Notes under the pieces: generated by a model | The model's database searches: none | What the model was told of the DNA's origin: nothing | What the model saw: only the letters and a program-made list of their open reading frames with translations | NCBI RefSeq assembly: GCF_037042905.1 | Contig: NW_026974140.1 | Coordinates: 1,242,001-1,306,000, forward strand | Reading direction: 5' to 3' | Length of the DNA: 64,000 nt | Origin: Lytechinus pictus | Lineage: Eukaryota | Shown: positions 11,725-22,800 of the stretch, in pieces | How positions within the stretch are numbered: position 1 is the first letter of the stretch | How the letters are laid out: each line of letters starts with the position of its first letter | Made by a program: the position numbers and the translations under genes

Positions 11725-13425
11725 ATGGACGGGGAAGAGAAAATCCCCATTAATGTGTGCTCCTTTGAGGAGTTTAGGTTGCTAGGGCTAAGTCCAGCTC
11801 TAGCAGGGATAATCCAGGGGATTAGACTTGATCATGGGGAGATAACCCCCGAGCTTTTCGAAAGCAGCCCAGCGCTATGCAGCAATAGGGAGCTAGCACA
11901 AAGAGTAGACTTTTCGGGGGGCACCCAGGGGGTAGAGGGCAGTATTTTTATTACCCCTAGGGGGCGCATCACTGCGGGCACCCGTAGCAAGTCTGACCTG
12001 AATGGGGTGGCAGGTTCCAGGGGTGTTTACCCCTATGACCAACACCAGCCCCCTAGGTCAAGTCAATGTAACCAGTCTAGTGGGTCCTGGGGCACCAGCT
12101 CATCTCACTTCTGGGAGGAGCGGGGGCATGAGCCCCCAAGCACCAGAGGGGGAGATATGGGGAGTGGTGTAGAGCCTAGGTTTAGGCTCAGGAATCTAGT
12201 TGGCGAGGAGGCTAATGGTGCCTCTGTCAATAGATTTATGCAGGCGAGTGGCGATTCAAGCGAATGGTCTGGGGGCGATGACCCCACCACCAAGCAAGCG
12301 GTAGCCATGAGGTCCAAGGTAGGTGAAGGGAGGGGCTCCTCAGCCCCACCCCCTACCCCAGATTACAGCGCAAGGAATGTGCGGGCGGGTATGACACGCC
12401 CAGCCCAGTACAGTTCATCTTCGCCGCTTAGTAGCCCGGCTGCGTCACCTGCGAATTCTAGTGGTTCCTCAGGAAGGGGGACTGGTGGTGGATTACCATA
12501 TTACACGCTGCCAAAGTCCCTCACTTTCAACGGCAAGGGTAACTGGAGGGCTTTCTTCAGAAAGTTCTCCGCCTTTGCTGATCACCATAATTGGACTGCA
12601 ATGGAGCGCGTAAGCCAGCTATACTGGGGCCTGAAAGGGAAGGCTGAAGATTATTTGCTAATGGTCTTGGACCAAGAGCCAAATATGCCATATGCAGGTC
12701 TAGTGGCCCGGCTGCAGCACAGGTTCGGGGAGGAAGGGCTCTCTGAATCTGCTCAGCTGGAGTTTGTGGCAGCCAAGCAGGGACCCACTGAATCCCTGCC
12801 AGACTGGGCAGACCGGGTGCTCCAGCTAGCAGCGCGTGCTTTTCCAGGGGTCAATGGGTCCTACCCGAATAGACAGGCGGTCCTTCGCCTGTGCCAGGGC
12901 GCCCTCAACCGAGAGGCGGGGTGCCACGCGCTTACGCGGAATCCATCTACCGTGAATGAGGCGCTTAAGTATATTGAGTGGCACCAACACGTGCACCGCG
13001 CAATGTACGGGCGTCCCAAGGCAGTGTCTAAGGCTAATGAAGGGGAGGTCCGTAAGGTGGAACTACCCCAAGGGAACAATGCAGCCCTTGAGCAAAGGTT
13101 GGTGAACCTAGAACGCAAGACCGATGAACGCTTGGGCCACATCGAGCGGGATCTGCAGCGTCTGGGTGGTTTGGAACGGGACCTCAAGAAGGTCCTGGAG
13201 GCTATCCAGACTAGGCCCCAACCAGCGCGTGAACGCGGGAGGTCACCCGGTCGGGACCGGTGCTATGAGTGCGGCGGGATTGGCCACTACAGGAACAATT
13301 GTCCTTCGGTCCAGGAAAACAGGGCCAAGGTACAAGTTTCCTTTGTAGGGGACCAGGAGGAGGAAAACTCCAGCGGGTCGGAGGAGCTGGCCAGCCCCCG
13401 GCCCCCACCGCCAGAGGCCAAATAG
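11725..13425 (+). CDS. gag: Retrotransposon Gag (566 aa): HhH-like N-terminus, capsid domain, coiled coil, CCHC zinc knuckle
   Basis: Uninterrupted ORF with capsid-like FNGKGNWRAFFRKF...LKGKA...LQHRFG, MHR-like QGPTESLPDWADRV, and CX2CX4HX4C (CYECGGIGHYRNNC, 13261-13302). Confidence 0.92.
   Translation: MDGEEKIPINVCSFEEFRLLGLSPALAGIIQGIRLDHGEITPELFESSPALCSNRELAQRVDFSGGTQGVEGSIFITPRGRITAGTRSKSDLNGVAGSRGVYPYDQHQPPRSSQCNQSSGSWGTSSSHFWEERGHEPPSTRGGDMGSGVEPRFRLRNLVGEEANGASVNRFMQASGDSSEWSGGDDPTTKQAVAMRSKVGEGRGSSAPPPTPDYSARNVRAGMTRPAQYSSSSPLSSPAASPANSSGSSGRGTGGGLPYYTLPKSLTFNGKGNWRAFFRKFSAFADHHNWTAMERVSQLYWGLKGKAEDYLLMVLDQEPNMPYAGLVARLQHRFGEEGLSESAQLEFVAAKQGPTESLPDWADRVLQLAARAFPGVNGSYPNRQAVLRLCQGALNREAGCHALTRNPSTVNEALKYIEWHQHVHRAMYGRPKAVSKANEGEVRKVELPQGNNAALEQRLVNLERKTDERLGHIERDLQRLGGLERDLKKVLEAIQTRPQPARERGRSPGRDRCYECGGIGHYRNNCPSVQENRAKVQVSFVGDQEEENSSGSEELASPRPPPPEAK
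13362..13404 (+). promoter_or_regulatory. Candidate -1 ribosomal frameshift signal (gag to pro)
   Basis: G GAA AAC in gag phase (13362-68), 6-nt spacer, then a hairpin GGGTCGG (13375-81) / CCGGCCC (13398-404). The protease ORF is in the -1 frame. Confidence 0.7.
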
Positions 13426-14180
13426 AGGGTTCCAAGCTAGCAAGCAGCTCAGAGGGGCCATCTGTAGGCTCATCTGAAGGAATAACAGAGGGCGTGTCAG
13501 AGCGCCTGATAGTCCCAGGGAATAATGTAACCGGAATAGCTACTTATGTAGAGGCTGCGGCGAGGGATCCAGTTCCCTCGAACACCCGAATATCAGACCT
13601 GGGTGAAGCCATTCTGGAATCAGTTCCAGATGCTCTCCCTGGGCTTGGGTGTGCAAGCGAGATTGAAGAGGTAGTGGTGTGTAGGTTGGAGTCGCGCTCT
13701 ACTCTCAAGGTCTCAGTTGTTATAGGGGGGCAGCCAGTAAGCGCAGTTGTAGATACCGCAGCCGAGGTGTCCATCATCTCGGATAGGCTCCTGCAGTCAC
13801 TGGACCCCCAGCCCCCTAAACTGAGAGAAGTGATCCTACATGCAGCGGGACGGGATATGAAGATGAGAGGGACAATTGTCGGTCCCCTTTCAATAGAGCT
13901 TGGGAACCAGACGTTCTCGGAGGAAGTATATGTAGCCCCTATAGCTGATCATATGCTCCTGGGATTAGATTTCCTCAGCAAGCGCAAGGCTGCGATTCAC
14001 CTCCTAGATCCGCATATGCAGTTGGGAGGTCAGAGGATTCCACTTTGGTATAGTGATGACCCTGGGCGGCAGATTGCCCGGGTTCATTTGCACAAGCGGG
14101 TAATTGTTCCTCCGAATGCAGTCAAGCGGATCACCGGCATTATAGACCAACGTTTAGAGGATTTCATGTTTAACCCTTAG
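13368..14180 (+). CDS. Retroviral-type aspartic protease (truncated pol), probably expressed as a Gag-Pro fusion
   Basis: AVVDTAAEVSII active-site motif (Asp codon 13752-54) and MLLGLDFL. Stops at TAG 14178-80; no RT/RH/IN ORF follows. Confidence 0.85.
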   Translation, partial: LQRVGGAGQPPAPTARGQIEGSKLASSSEGPSVGSSEGITEGVSERLIVPGNNVTGIATYVEAAARDPVPSNTRISDLGEAILESVPDALPGLGCASEIEEVVVCRLESRSTLKVSVVIGGQPVSAVVDTAAEVSIISDRLLQSLDPQPPKLREVILHAAGRDMKMRGTIVGPLSIELGNQTFSEEVYVAPIADHMLLGLDFLSKRKAAIHLLDPHMQLGGQRIPLWYSDDPGRQIARVHLHKRVIVPPNAVKRITGIIDQRLEDFMFNP

Positions 14181-15588
14181 GATGGCTTACTGCTCCTAGT
14201 TCCCGGTTCGGTTTACAGGGCTGGGAAAACAGAACCCATCTGATAGGCACCTTAAGGTAACCTGCTCCGAGGTGCTGGGGGAAACTGAAAAAAATTGAAG
14301 GGAAGGGAGATGGGATCGCTCCCTGTTGAAAAATGGGTTCACCTGGATCGCGGTTCCTCTACCGAATTACAGGCAAGCAGCCGTACTATTGGGGCTAATG
14401 GTTCAGCTTGTAGGTGGAGCCAGTCCAGTACAAGTCGGTCAGGGTGAGGCCAGTGGGCGTTACCGATGGGCAGCTGCCCATCGACCCGTTACGGGTGGAA
14501 CAGGAGAAGGATCCTACCCTGGGTTCACTAGCGAGGTGGGAGAGCTTGTCACCTCAGCCTGGCGGATAAGGTTTCTCACCCTCATGGAGCGAGCTAGGAT
14601 TAACCACCTGGCACTCTATGGGGTGTAGTGAGGAAAAAAAGGGACTGGAGGAGATCTGTCCTCCATTTGTCACGAAGGGATTTCGATTCCCTTTGCATTT
14701 TTGGGTTAGCTTAGCGCGTTTAGGACCCTATATGTTTTTCTGTACGGGAGGGACCAGCCGAGTCGCCTCCTCTTTGTGTCTGTTGTGTTCGTTGTTTTCG
14801 TCTATCTTTTTTGTATATTTAGGCCATGTAGGAAATGCTTCATGGTCCGCTTTGGAGGGGAGTGTTTTAAATGGCCCTTTTCGCATAATGGCAGCGCTGA
14901 CGCCCCCTTCCTGCACCTGGGGGACCTAGGTTGGGTACTGGTGCTCCAGTCTCTCAACCGAACGGGAATGCTATGTGTTGCACAGCCCGGGTAAGATGGT
15001 GCCTCGACAGGGGAGGGCCAGCGGCAGCCCACTGCTATGGGAAAGTGGAGCTTTCTGGGAAGGGGGGACCCTCCTGGGATATGGGTTTTTGTATGGGTTT
15101 TATATTTTTATATATATATACCATTGTTCTATATGTTTTGTATGGGTTTTTTAAAGAACCTCAAAACTCTAGGTTTTTAGGTGTTATTACGGGTTTTTAC
15201 CGTTTTCATGTTACGGGTTTTTAAAGTGTTGAACAAGTTTTTAGCACAGTTGTGCCAAGTGTTTTGGATAGTTTTGGAGTTTTTATTTATAAAAGAACGG
15301 AATATGTTTATGGCTGATTACGGGTAGCAAATTATAATTAATTTTGGGAATGCAGACTTGGGACAGAACAATGCTGCATAAGTACTTTTTGCCAAATTTT
15401 AAGGAGCATTGTGTACATAAAAGACCAAAGGGAATTTTTAAATGGGCTTGTATTTACTCATGCCCAGCCGGGAGATAAGGTCTCCTGGTTGGGGTGCCTA
15501 GGGAGTGGAGAATTTTTTCCTCCCTCTGCCTGGTGTCTGGTTTGGATAGCGTCCATTTGGGGTGGAAACTCGAGGGACCGAGTTTTAT

Positions 15589-15601
15589 AGAACGGGGGGG
15601 A
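15589..15601 (+). promoter_or_regulatory. Polypurine tract
   Basis: AGAACGGGGGGGA immediately before the 3' LTR. Confidence 0.8.
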
Positions 15602-15602
15602 C

Positions 15603-15838
15603 TGTTGTAGTAAGTCACCCCACCCCCCATATAGGTCTTCCACCGGGAGATGGCGCTGGACCCCTTTTAGACGCTGGAGGACGTTGGATCCCTTGGATCA
15701 TTGTATTTGAAGCTGAACTCACACGGAATAGACAGGAACTAGGACATCACTCCAGGAAAATACTGGTTAGTGACTTATTCCTTATATTCTAGCTTCAGGT
15801 ATCAACCTAGTGGTCAAGCTGGGGGCGCGACCGCTACA
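15603..15838 (+). repeat. 3' LTR
   Basis: Direct repeat of 8885-9120, followed by TSD ACAG. Confidence 0.95.
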
Positions 15839-17387
15839 ACAGTACAAAATCCAGTCTAGTCCCATACCCGTGTTTCTGTGTCTGTAGAACTATCTCAGGT
15901 CCAAACTAACGACACGGCTCACGGCTGTCACGTTTTTATGATCCGCACATGGCTGCAATGTTATAAATTTTGCAAAGAGAATTCTTTATATTGTTCTACC
16001 TTTATGTCATTCTATGTTGCAAATCATATTTTTTCATTTCCTTTGGTTTTGTAATAATTTTGTTGCTCGGTGTAGTCGGAGATTGGCTTGATCACCAGGC
16101 AAACCAGCGTGTGCAATTGTAAATGTACACATATCCAATGGGGCCATCCTAATTCTGTGTTACAGAAATTGGAATTGAACAGGAGCTAAATCACATGGTA
16201 ATAGTGTGAGTGGTAAATTTGTAAAGTGGATGTTCTCAACTATTAATGTAGGCTTAGCCTTAGCAAGTCACAAGTCGAATGAAGTGAAGGCTCTCGACAG
16301 CTGTCGAGGATTCGGGCGGGGGGGGGGGGGGGGTGATGCGATTGTGGCAGAGGTGCGTTCACACCCAATAAAAATTAAAATCTAGATATAAAAAAATTAT
16401 TAGATCTAAGTTTTAAATAGTGCAACCGGCCCGTGGCCGTACTGGTATAGCTTATAGGCCTAGATCTATCTTAAATTATCTTTGACTTTGCGCACCCAAG
16501 TGAAATGAGCCATTTCATAGCTCCCTTTAAAAAGAAATATTGATCGTCCAATTTGGGGGAGACGAAATAATGCTCTTCATTTGTGTGCGATTATGAAGTT
16601 TGTTTGGCTTTTATATTTTTCTAAGTCAATTTTTTAGACAAATTACTATTTAGCATGAATCTGCAATAGCATCGGTGTTATTGGGGTAAATAAATTAAAT
16701 TATTGTTGATAATGTCTCTTAATCTATTTTTTGAAAAATACTGTCGTACCACATAAAGTTAGAGTCTAGTCATACCTAACCTTAAATAGCATGTAAAGGT
16801 TAAAGGTCTCTTCATTAGAAAAAAACATAGGAGAATATGGAATGGATCTCATCAATCCCAAGTATTTTTCTGCCTTGAATCTCATATTAAAGTTCCATTG
16901 AACAAAGGTCACAGTCCAGAAATAGTTGACAGTTTGATGGTTTGATGGGGATGCAATTTGCTGCAGTTATGAATTAGGAGCCTATTCATATTTTTTATTA
17001 ATTTGATTGTGGCTTTTAACCGGCAAGGTATCCAAGCGCTATTGAGTTAGAAAAAAACTTTTATTTTTATTTTTTAATTAAAAAAAAAAATTATTGAAAA
17101 AGCTGTTTTACTATTTTGTATGGTTAATGTGTTAATTACCGTCTTGTTTATAATCAAGTGAAAATTATATGAATTAACAAGGATAAATTGTTGACCGATT
17201 GTTGGTAAATTCTATAAATTTCAGGATAATAAAAGAAGAAAAATGATTGGTATATTCGATCATTCCCCTTTATGAAATGTCAACAATATTCATTGAAAGT
17301 GCAGTATTTTTCAATGATCACTGTAAATCTACATATTTTCTTTGCTACATGTATAACAATGTGATATTATTAATATTTTAATTTCAG

Positions 17388-19870
17388 ACTATGGACATTT
17401 GAACAGTATGCAGAAGAAGACGGATCTGGAACTAGAAAGCAAGGCTCTGACTGGTCTACTACAGCAAGGAATGTGCCAGCGGCCAATTTGATGAACATGT
17501 GACAGAAGATTTGGCAATGGGTGAAGAAATACTGAGATTGAAATGCAACCACAGGTAACATGTAGACTAGTAAAATGCGATAATGATTAAAAAATAATGA
17601 AGGATATTGTTTTGGTTGCAGAATGTAAAATCATAAAAACCCACATCAATGACAATGAAATCGGACTGTGACCGGATTTTCTATTTAAAGTCAGTTTGAA
17701 ATGCAAACATTACATAAGCATGAAAGACATAATAGATTCAATATATTTTGCATGTTAGCTGCAGGGTCAGCAGAACGGTTTTGAAAGTGAGGGGGCTGAG
17801 CCGAAAGTGGGGGGGGGGGGGGGCTGACCAATGCAAAAAATCATAAGCAGATGGTCAATTTTACATTTTTGTACATGGTTTTGGAAAACAGTGCGGGGGC
17901 TGAAAAATATGAAATGACCATCTGGTTACGATTTTTTGCATGGTCAGCCCGTTCACTGTAAAAACCGTTCCGCTGACCCTGCAGCTAACATGCACCCCCC
18001 CCCCCCCCCCCCCCCCCCGCCGGTTTCCGGAGCCCCTGCTCTCACCCCTCAATCCATTTAGCACTACTTGCTCATGTGTATGTACATACAAGCTACATTG
18101 TGAGGAATAATTTCACTTTTTAAGTTTCTCAGCCAGAGCATATGTCATTTTTACTATTGTTTGTATTTTTTATTAACATAATAAAAACTTGAACCCTTTA
18201 TTTACCCCCTTCTATATGAAACCTGGTAATCAAAAGATGTTTTATTTCCTGTTTTTAGACATGTACATATACATGTGAGAAGAAATACCAGATTATGGCA
18301 AATATTTTAATTAGTTATTTCAATACTATTTTTCCTTCAGGTGGAGGCTTCAACCAAACTTTTCAGACAGACATGAGATACAAAGTTACACAAGTATAAA
18401 TGGTTGAAGGTTTAGGAGAGCCAGACAAGAAGGCAGGAAATGTGATGTCACTTGTAAGTTAAAACACTCTTAATTATGACTGCCTCACTTTGGCGAAGAA
18501 AGTAAAGTCACATTAAAAAAAATATCAAATTACTGGTACTGCTCTCTTCTTTATTTGTTCTACTCAAATATTTGAAAACAATGACATCTATAAGTGCTTA
18601 GATGCTTAATTGATTAATGGTGATATTTATTGGACAGTTGTAAAACAACCAATATCAATCAATGCTAGATGGTGTGACTTGCTTTCTATTGCCAAAGTAG
18701 TAAATGAATGTTCCATTGTTCTGCATTCCTATTAGACCCCCCCCCCCCCCCCGCCCCATCACCATCTGCTTTGTATGGGAGTAACACTGGAAGATTACCC
18801 CCCCAAAAAAAAAAAAAAAAAAATTATATCTCTTGTAGGCCTGTATAAATGTAATGCCTACAAAAGCAGTCATGAAACCTCATTAATTCAAATGATCTTG
18901 GTAGGGGGGGGGGTGCCTCAGGATCTTGCCTGTTGATTGTGCACTCGCTTCAGAAATCATGCTGCTGTTCCTGATGTTGTTTTTTTTTAAATTTAATATG
19001 ATAACATGACTCTTGCATGAAATCAGCATTTGGCTCAAGAAATAAAGACCAAATGTGATAATTTTGGATTTTGACTCCCTTTCTTTGGTAAACCAATGAC
19101 AAAAACCCAAGTCATTAAAATCAATTGTGTATGCATTTCTTTGTTATTAACTTTTTTGTTTTCATTGTTTAATAAGGCTTTGGTGACAATATTTTAACCA
19201 TTTAGAACTTAAAGTTCTTATTTCAAACATTAGAAATAAAAAAATGTTTTAACAATGATAATTAAATTAAGAATAAATGACTGATATCAATAATGATGGA
19301 AATTGATATCTTTATTAATAAAATATCACATGCTCTATAAATTAAATCCATTTCAGTTACTTCCATGAACATGGACAGCAGCAGGAGCAACAACAGCATC
19401 AGCAGCTGAAACTACAACTGCAGTAAGAGATGCAACAACCACACCGACAACATCAACAGCAGCAGGAGCTCCAACAATCATGCAGGGAACATCGGGCGCA
19501 ACATAAATAACTTCATCAAGAGATGCAACAACCACAGTGGTAAACATCAACAGCAGTAGCAACAACGACAGTAGAAACAAAGCAAACAGCAAGGATTCTA
19601 ACAAGCAATCATACAAGCAACAACACAAGCGACAACATCAATAGATGCCTCAGGAGATGCAACAGCCACACTCGTAAACAGCAGCAGTAGCAGCGATGAC
19701 AACAGCAACCACACAGGCACCACCTTGAGCAACATCAGTAGCAAAAATAACTAATTGCACCAGGAGATGCAACAACCACACCCACAACACCAAGAGCAGC
19801 AAAAACAAACAGCAATTCCAGCAATCACGATGACAACAGCAGCAGCAACACCAACAACACTAATGAACAT
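17388..19870 (+). pseudogene. Decayed intron-containing gene inside the Harbinger-like element, with a Gln-rich last segment
   Basis: AG/GT-bounded exon-like blocks at 17388-17554 and 18341-18453, and an acceptor at 19356 before a CAG/CAA-rich tract with in-frame stops. Confidence 0.35.
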
Positions 19871-22800
19871 TGAAAAAACTTGTACAAAAGTCAATGAGGT
19901 CGCATTTTTCAGACATTATCAGACATTATTGATTAAAAAATGCACAATGATTTATTTGGGTTAAAGAAAATTATGTTTGAAAAAATGTGTACATTTGAAG
20001 ATGTTTCCTATGTATTGATTGATATAATATAGTTTTAAAGATGAAAATATTATTCTTGAAATGTCTACTTTTTATTTGTCATTGACTAAAAATAAATACA
20101 TTTTCTTTGAATTTTCTCAATGAAATGAAAAATAAGCAATTTATTAAAATGTTACATTCAAAATCAACTGAAATTGATCGATTTTAGCTGCAAAGGCCCT
20201 CAAAAGGCTGATTAGTCGGTGAAAATAAGTTTTGTCGGTAGGTGAAGGCCACCGACAAAATTAGTCGGTGGTTTCCAATAATTTGTCGGAGAAAATCACC
20301 GACAAATTTTCATGAAATGGAATTTAGTCGGTGATGGCAAAATTGTCGGTGAAAATGAAATTAGTCGGTGAAAATCACATTTAGTCGGAGAAAACCACCG
20401 ACTAATTGTTTGATGAAACGCCCCCCTGGACGTCGATTTGATGGCGCCAAAATGACGTTCGAACTATGGGGCGCCGAACTGATGTTTGAACTGGGAGGGG
20501 GGCGCCAAATTGATGTTCGAACTAGGGGAGCGCTAATTTGAATTTTGACCATAATGCGACAAATACATGTTTCAGAGAGGGGGAGGGAGGGCAAAGTTAT
20601 ATTTCACATGGGGGCGCCAAGTTTATGTTTAACCGAGGGCGCCAAATCGACCTTGAACTTAGGGGGCTTCATGCAAATTCAGTTTCGACCGGGGGCGCAA
20701 CATTGCTCGTATTGCCTGTTTATAGTAAAATATATGTCCTGCCCAAAAAACTTAAATTAAATGCGACTGAATTAAAATATATCCTGTTTTTACGATAACA
20801 GACAAAAACAATGTTTTCGAGTTTTAAGTCTGTTTAGCGAGATAGATACCCTGTTGAGGGTCACAAAAAGGGGTTATTATAAAATTCAGCTCGCGCTACG
20901 CGCTCGCAATATTTGATTAATGACGTATACATCCTCTGCATCAATCCCAGTGTTAGTAAGTGTAAGTGTTAGTTTTTTTCAAGTCAACATACATAGGCCG
21001 ATCCAGGGGGCAAAGATTTTGCCCCCCCCCCCCCCATGGTGGCGCAAAAAAGGGGTAAGAAACAGAAAACAAAGAAGAGAAAAAGGACAAGCAATTAGAA
21101 TAGGAATTATACCTTAGTCCTTCTTAAGTCAGTATATAAAAAAATTGAGCTCGCGCTTCGCGCTGGCAAAAATAAATTGTTAAGTTATATACGCATCCCG
21201 ACCTTACAGTTTTTTTATGCGAACGAGAAGCACAAGCTGAAAATATTTGATATTCTAACCTGACAACTGAAAATGTATTTTTCATTTCATCATTATAAAA
21301 GTTTTCAGCTAGCGCTTCGCGGTCGCATTCATTTCTTAATAGATATGCATCGTGTTCATCATAACAACTACTAACATAGGCGGATCCAGGCGGCCCGAGG
21401 GCAACCCCCCCCCCCTCCCCCCTATTGACAGAGCAAATAAATTGGGAAAAACGGGGAAAGAAAAAAGGGGGAAAGAAATGAGAAAAAAAGAAGACGAAAC
21501 ATAAAAGGAGGAAGACGAGTGAATAAAATAAGGTCAGGAGAAGACTTGGAAAACAATTTTTGAAAATATTTAATGTCACTGTATTGAAGTTTCGCTCGCG
21601 CATCGCGCTCGCATTGCCTGTTCGATGAGATACATATCTTGCTCAATATGATGATATGTAGTTTAAAATATCAAGTTTTGATATCAATATACAAAACATA
21701 ATTCAGCTCGGACATCGATCTTTCATTATATTGTTTTATTTACCAATTTATGTTTTTAAGTGCTCTGGAAAATGTCCGTTTTAAAGTTTGAATCAACATT
21801 TACAACATTTTGTGCGCTCGCACTATTTGCCAAGTAGACCTACATATTGTCTTTTTTTATTTCATATAAGATACTCTAAATATACTTTTTCAGGTGTCTC
21901 GATTGTAAAAAAAAATAATAAAGGCCTATGAGCTAGCGCTGTGCGCTCGCATTTTGATTGGTGAGTTATGTATACCTTCTTATCAATTCTCTAACAATTA
22001 AACTTCTTAAATTCCCCCATTAAAAAATTCCGGATCGCGATTTGCGCTCGCATTATTTGCTAAAAATATATCAACCAATGAATCCTATTCATGATTACAA
22101 AAATACTTAAAATATCAGGTTTTCAGGCCTCATGCACTGTCAACAAATTTCACACACTCATTAGGCTAAACAGATTAATAAATATGAAATAAAATTTGTA
22201 TGAATTCCTAATAACTAAATTGTCCCTTTTTCAGAAATAAATATTGACAAGTTTTAGGAAAAGAAATAGAAGATAGTCATCATTCTTATATGATGACAAA
22301 ATGTCCTTAGGCCTAAAATGTCTCGATCCTAGGTCAAAATAATAATAAAATATCAGCTCGCGCTTCGCGCTCGCATTATTTATATAGTGCTATCAAATTT
22401 GACCCTTAATTTTCACATCGGAATTTCAAATATTATTTTCAGCTCGGGCTCTGCGCTCGCATTATTGATTTTTATGATGAAAAATGAAATGTATTCAGAT
22501 TGCCAGGATTCTGTCTAACTCTAAAACACGCGCACGCATGTTTTTTTTGCGCTCGCATTATTATTGTAGGAAGATATCAAAAATTATCCATGCTTTTTCA
22601 TGATTGACAAACATGAATCGAATGTCCCATTGGGGGATTTGAAATCTCATCTTTTTAGGTTGGAATATCAAAAATATTCAGCTCGCGCTTCGCGCTCGCA
22701 TTATTTAATCGTTGAAATATGTATCATCTTAATGGCTAACTGCAAAACATCCTTAACAGGTCCCTTTTCGACCAGGTCAGAACGAATATTTAACATTTCT

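Larger units (their letters stand above)
8885..15838 (+). mobile_element. Nest layer 5: Ty3/Gypsy-like LTR retrotransposon, gag-pro only (non-autonomous), recent insertion
   Basis: Two 236-bp LTRs (TGT...ACA) with no mismatch found by eye, 4-bp TSD ACAG (8881-84, 15839-42), PBS, PPT, and gag and protease ORFs. Confidence 0.95.
8443..20425. mobile_element. Nest layer 4: PIF/Harbinger-like element (~5 kb without the LTR insertion)
   Basis: TIR GGGGG(T/C)GTTTCATCAA; 3-bp TSD CTG (8440-42, 20426-28), the CWG type known for animal Harbingers. Subterminal repeats GTCAGCGCTGAC on the left and TTAGTCGGTG on the right. Confidence 0.8.

Noticed and set aside
14326..15224. Short ORFs before the 3' LTR as env or an accessory gene
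   Set aside because: All are 103 aa or shorter, mostly with non-ATG starts, and show no recognisable motifs.
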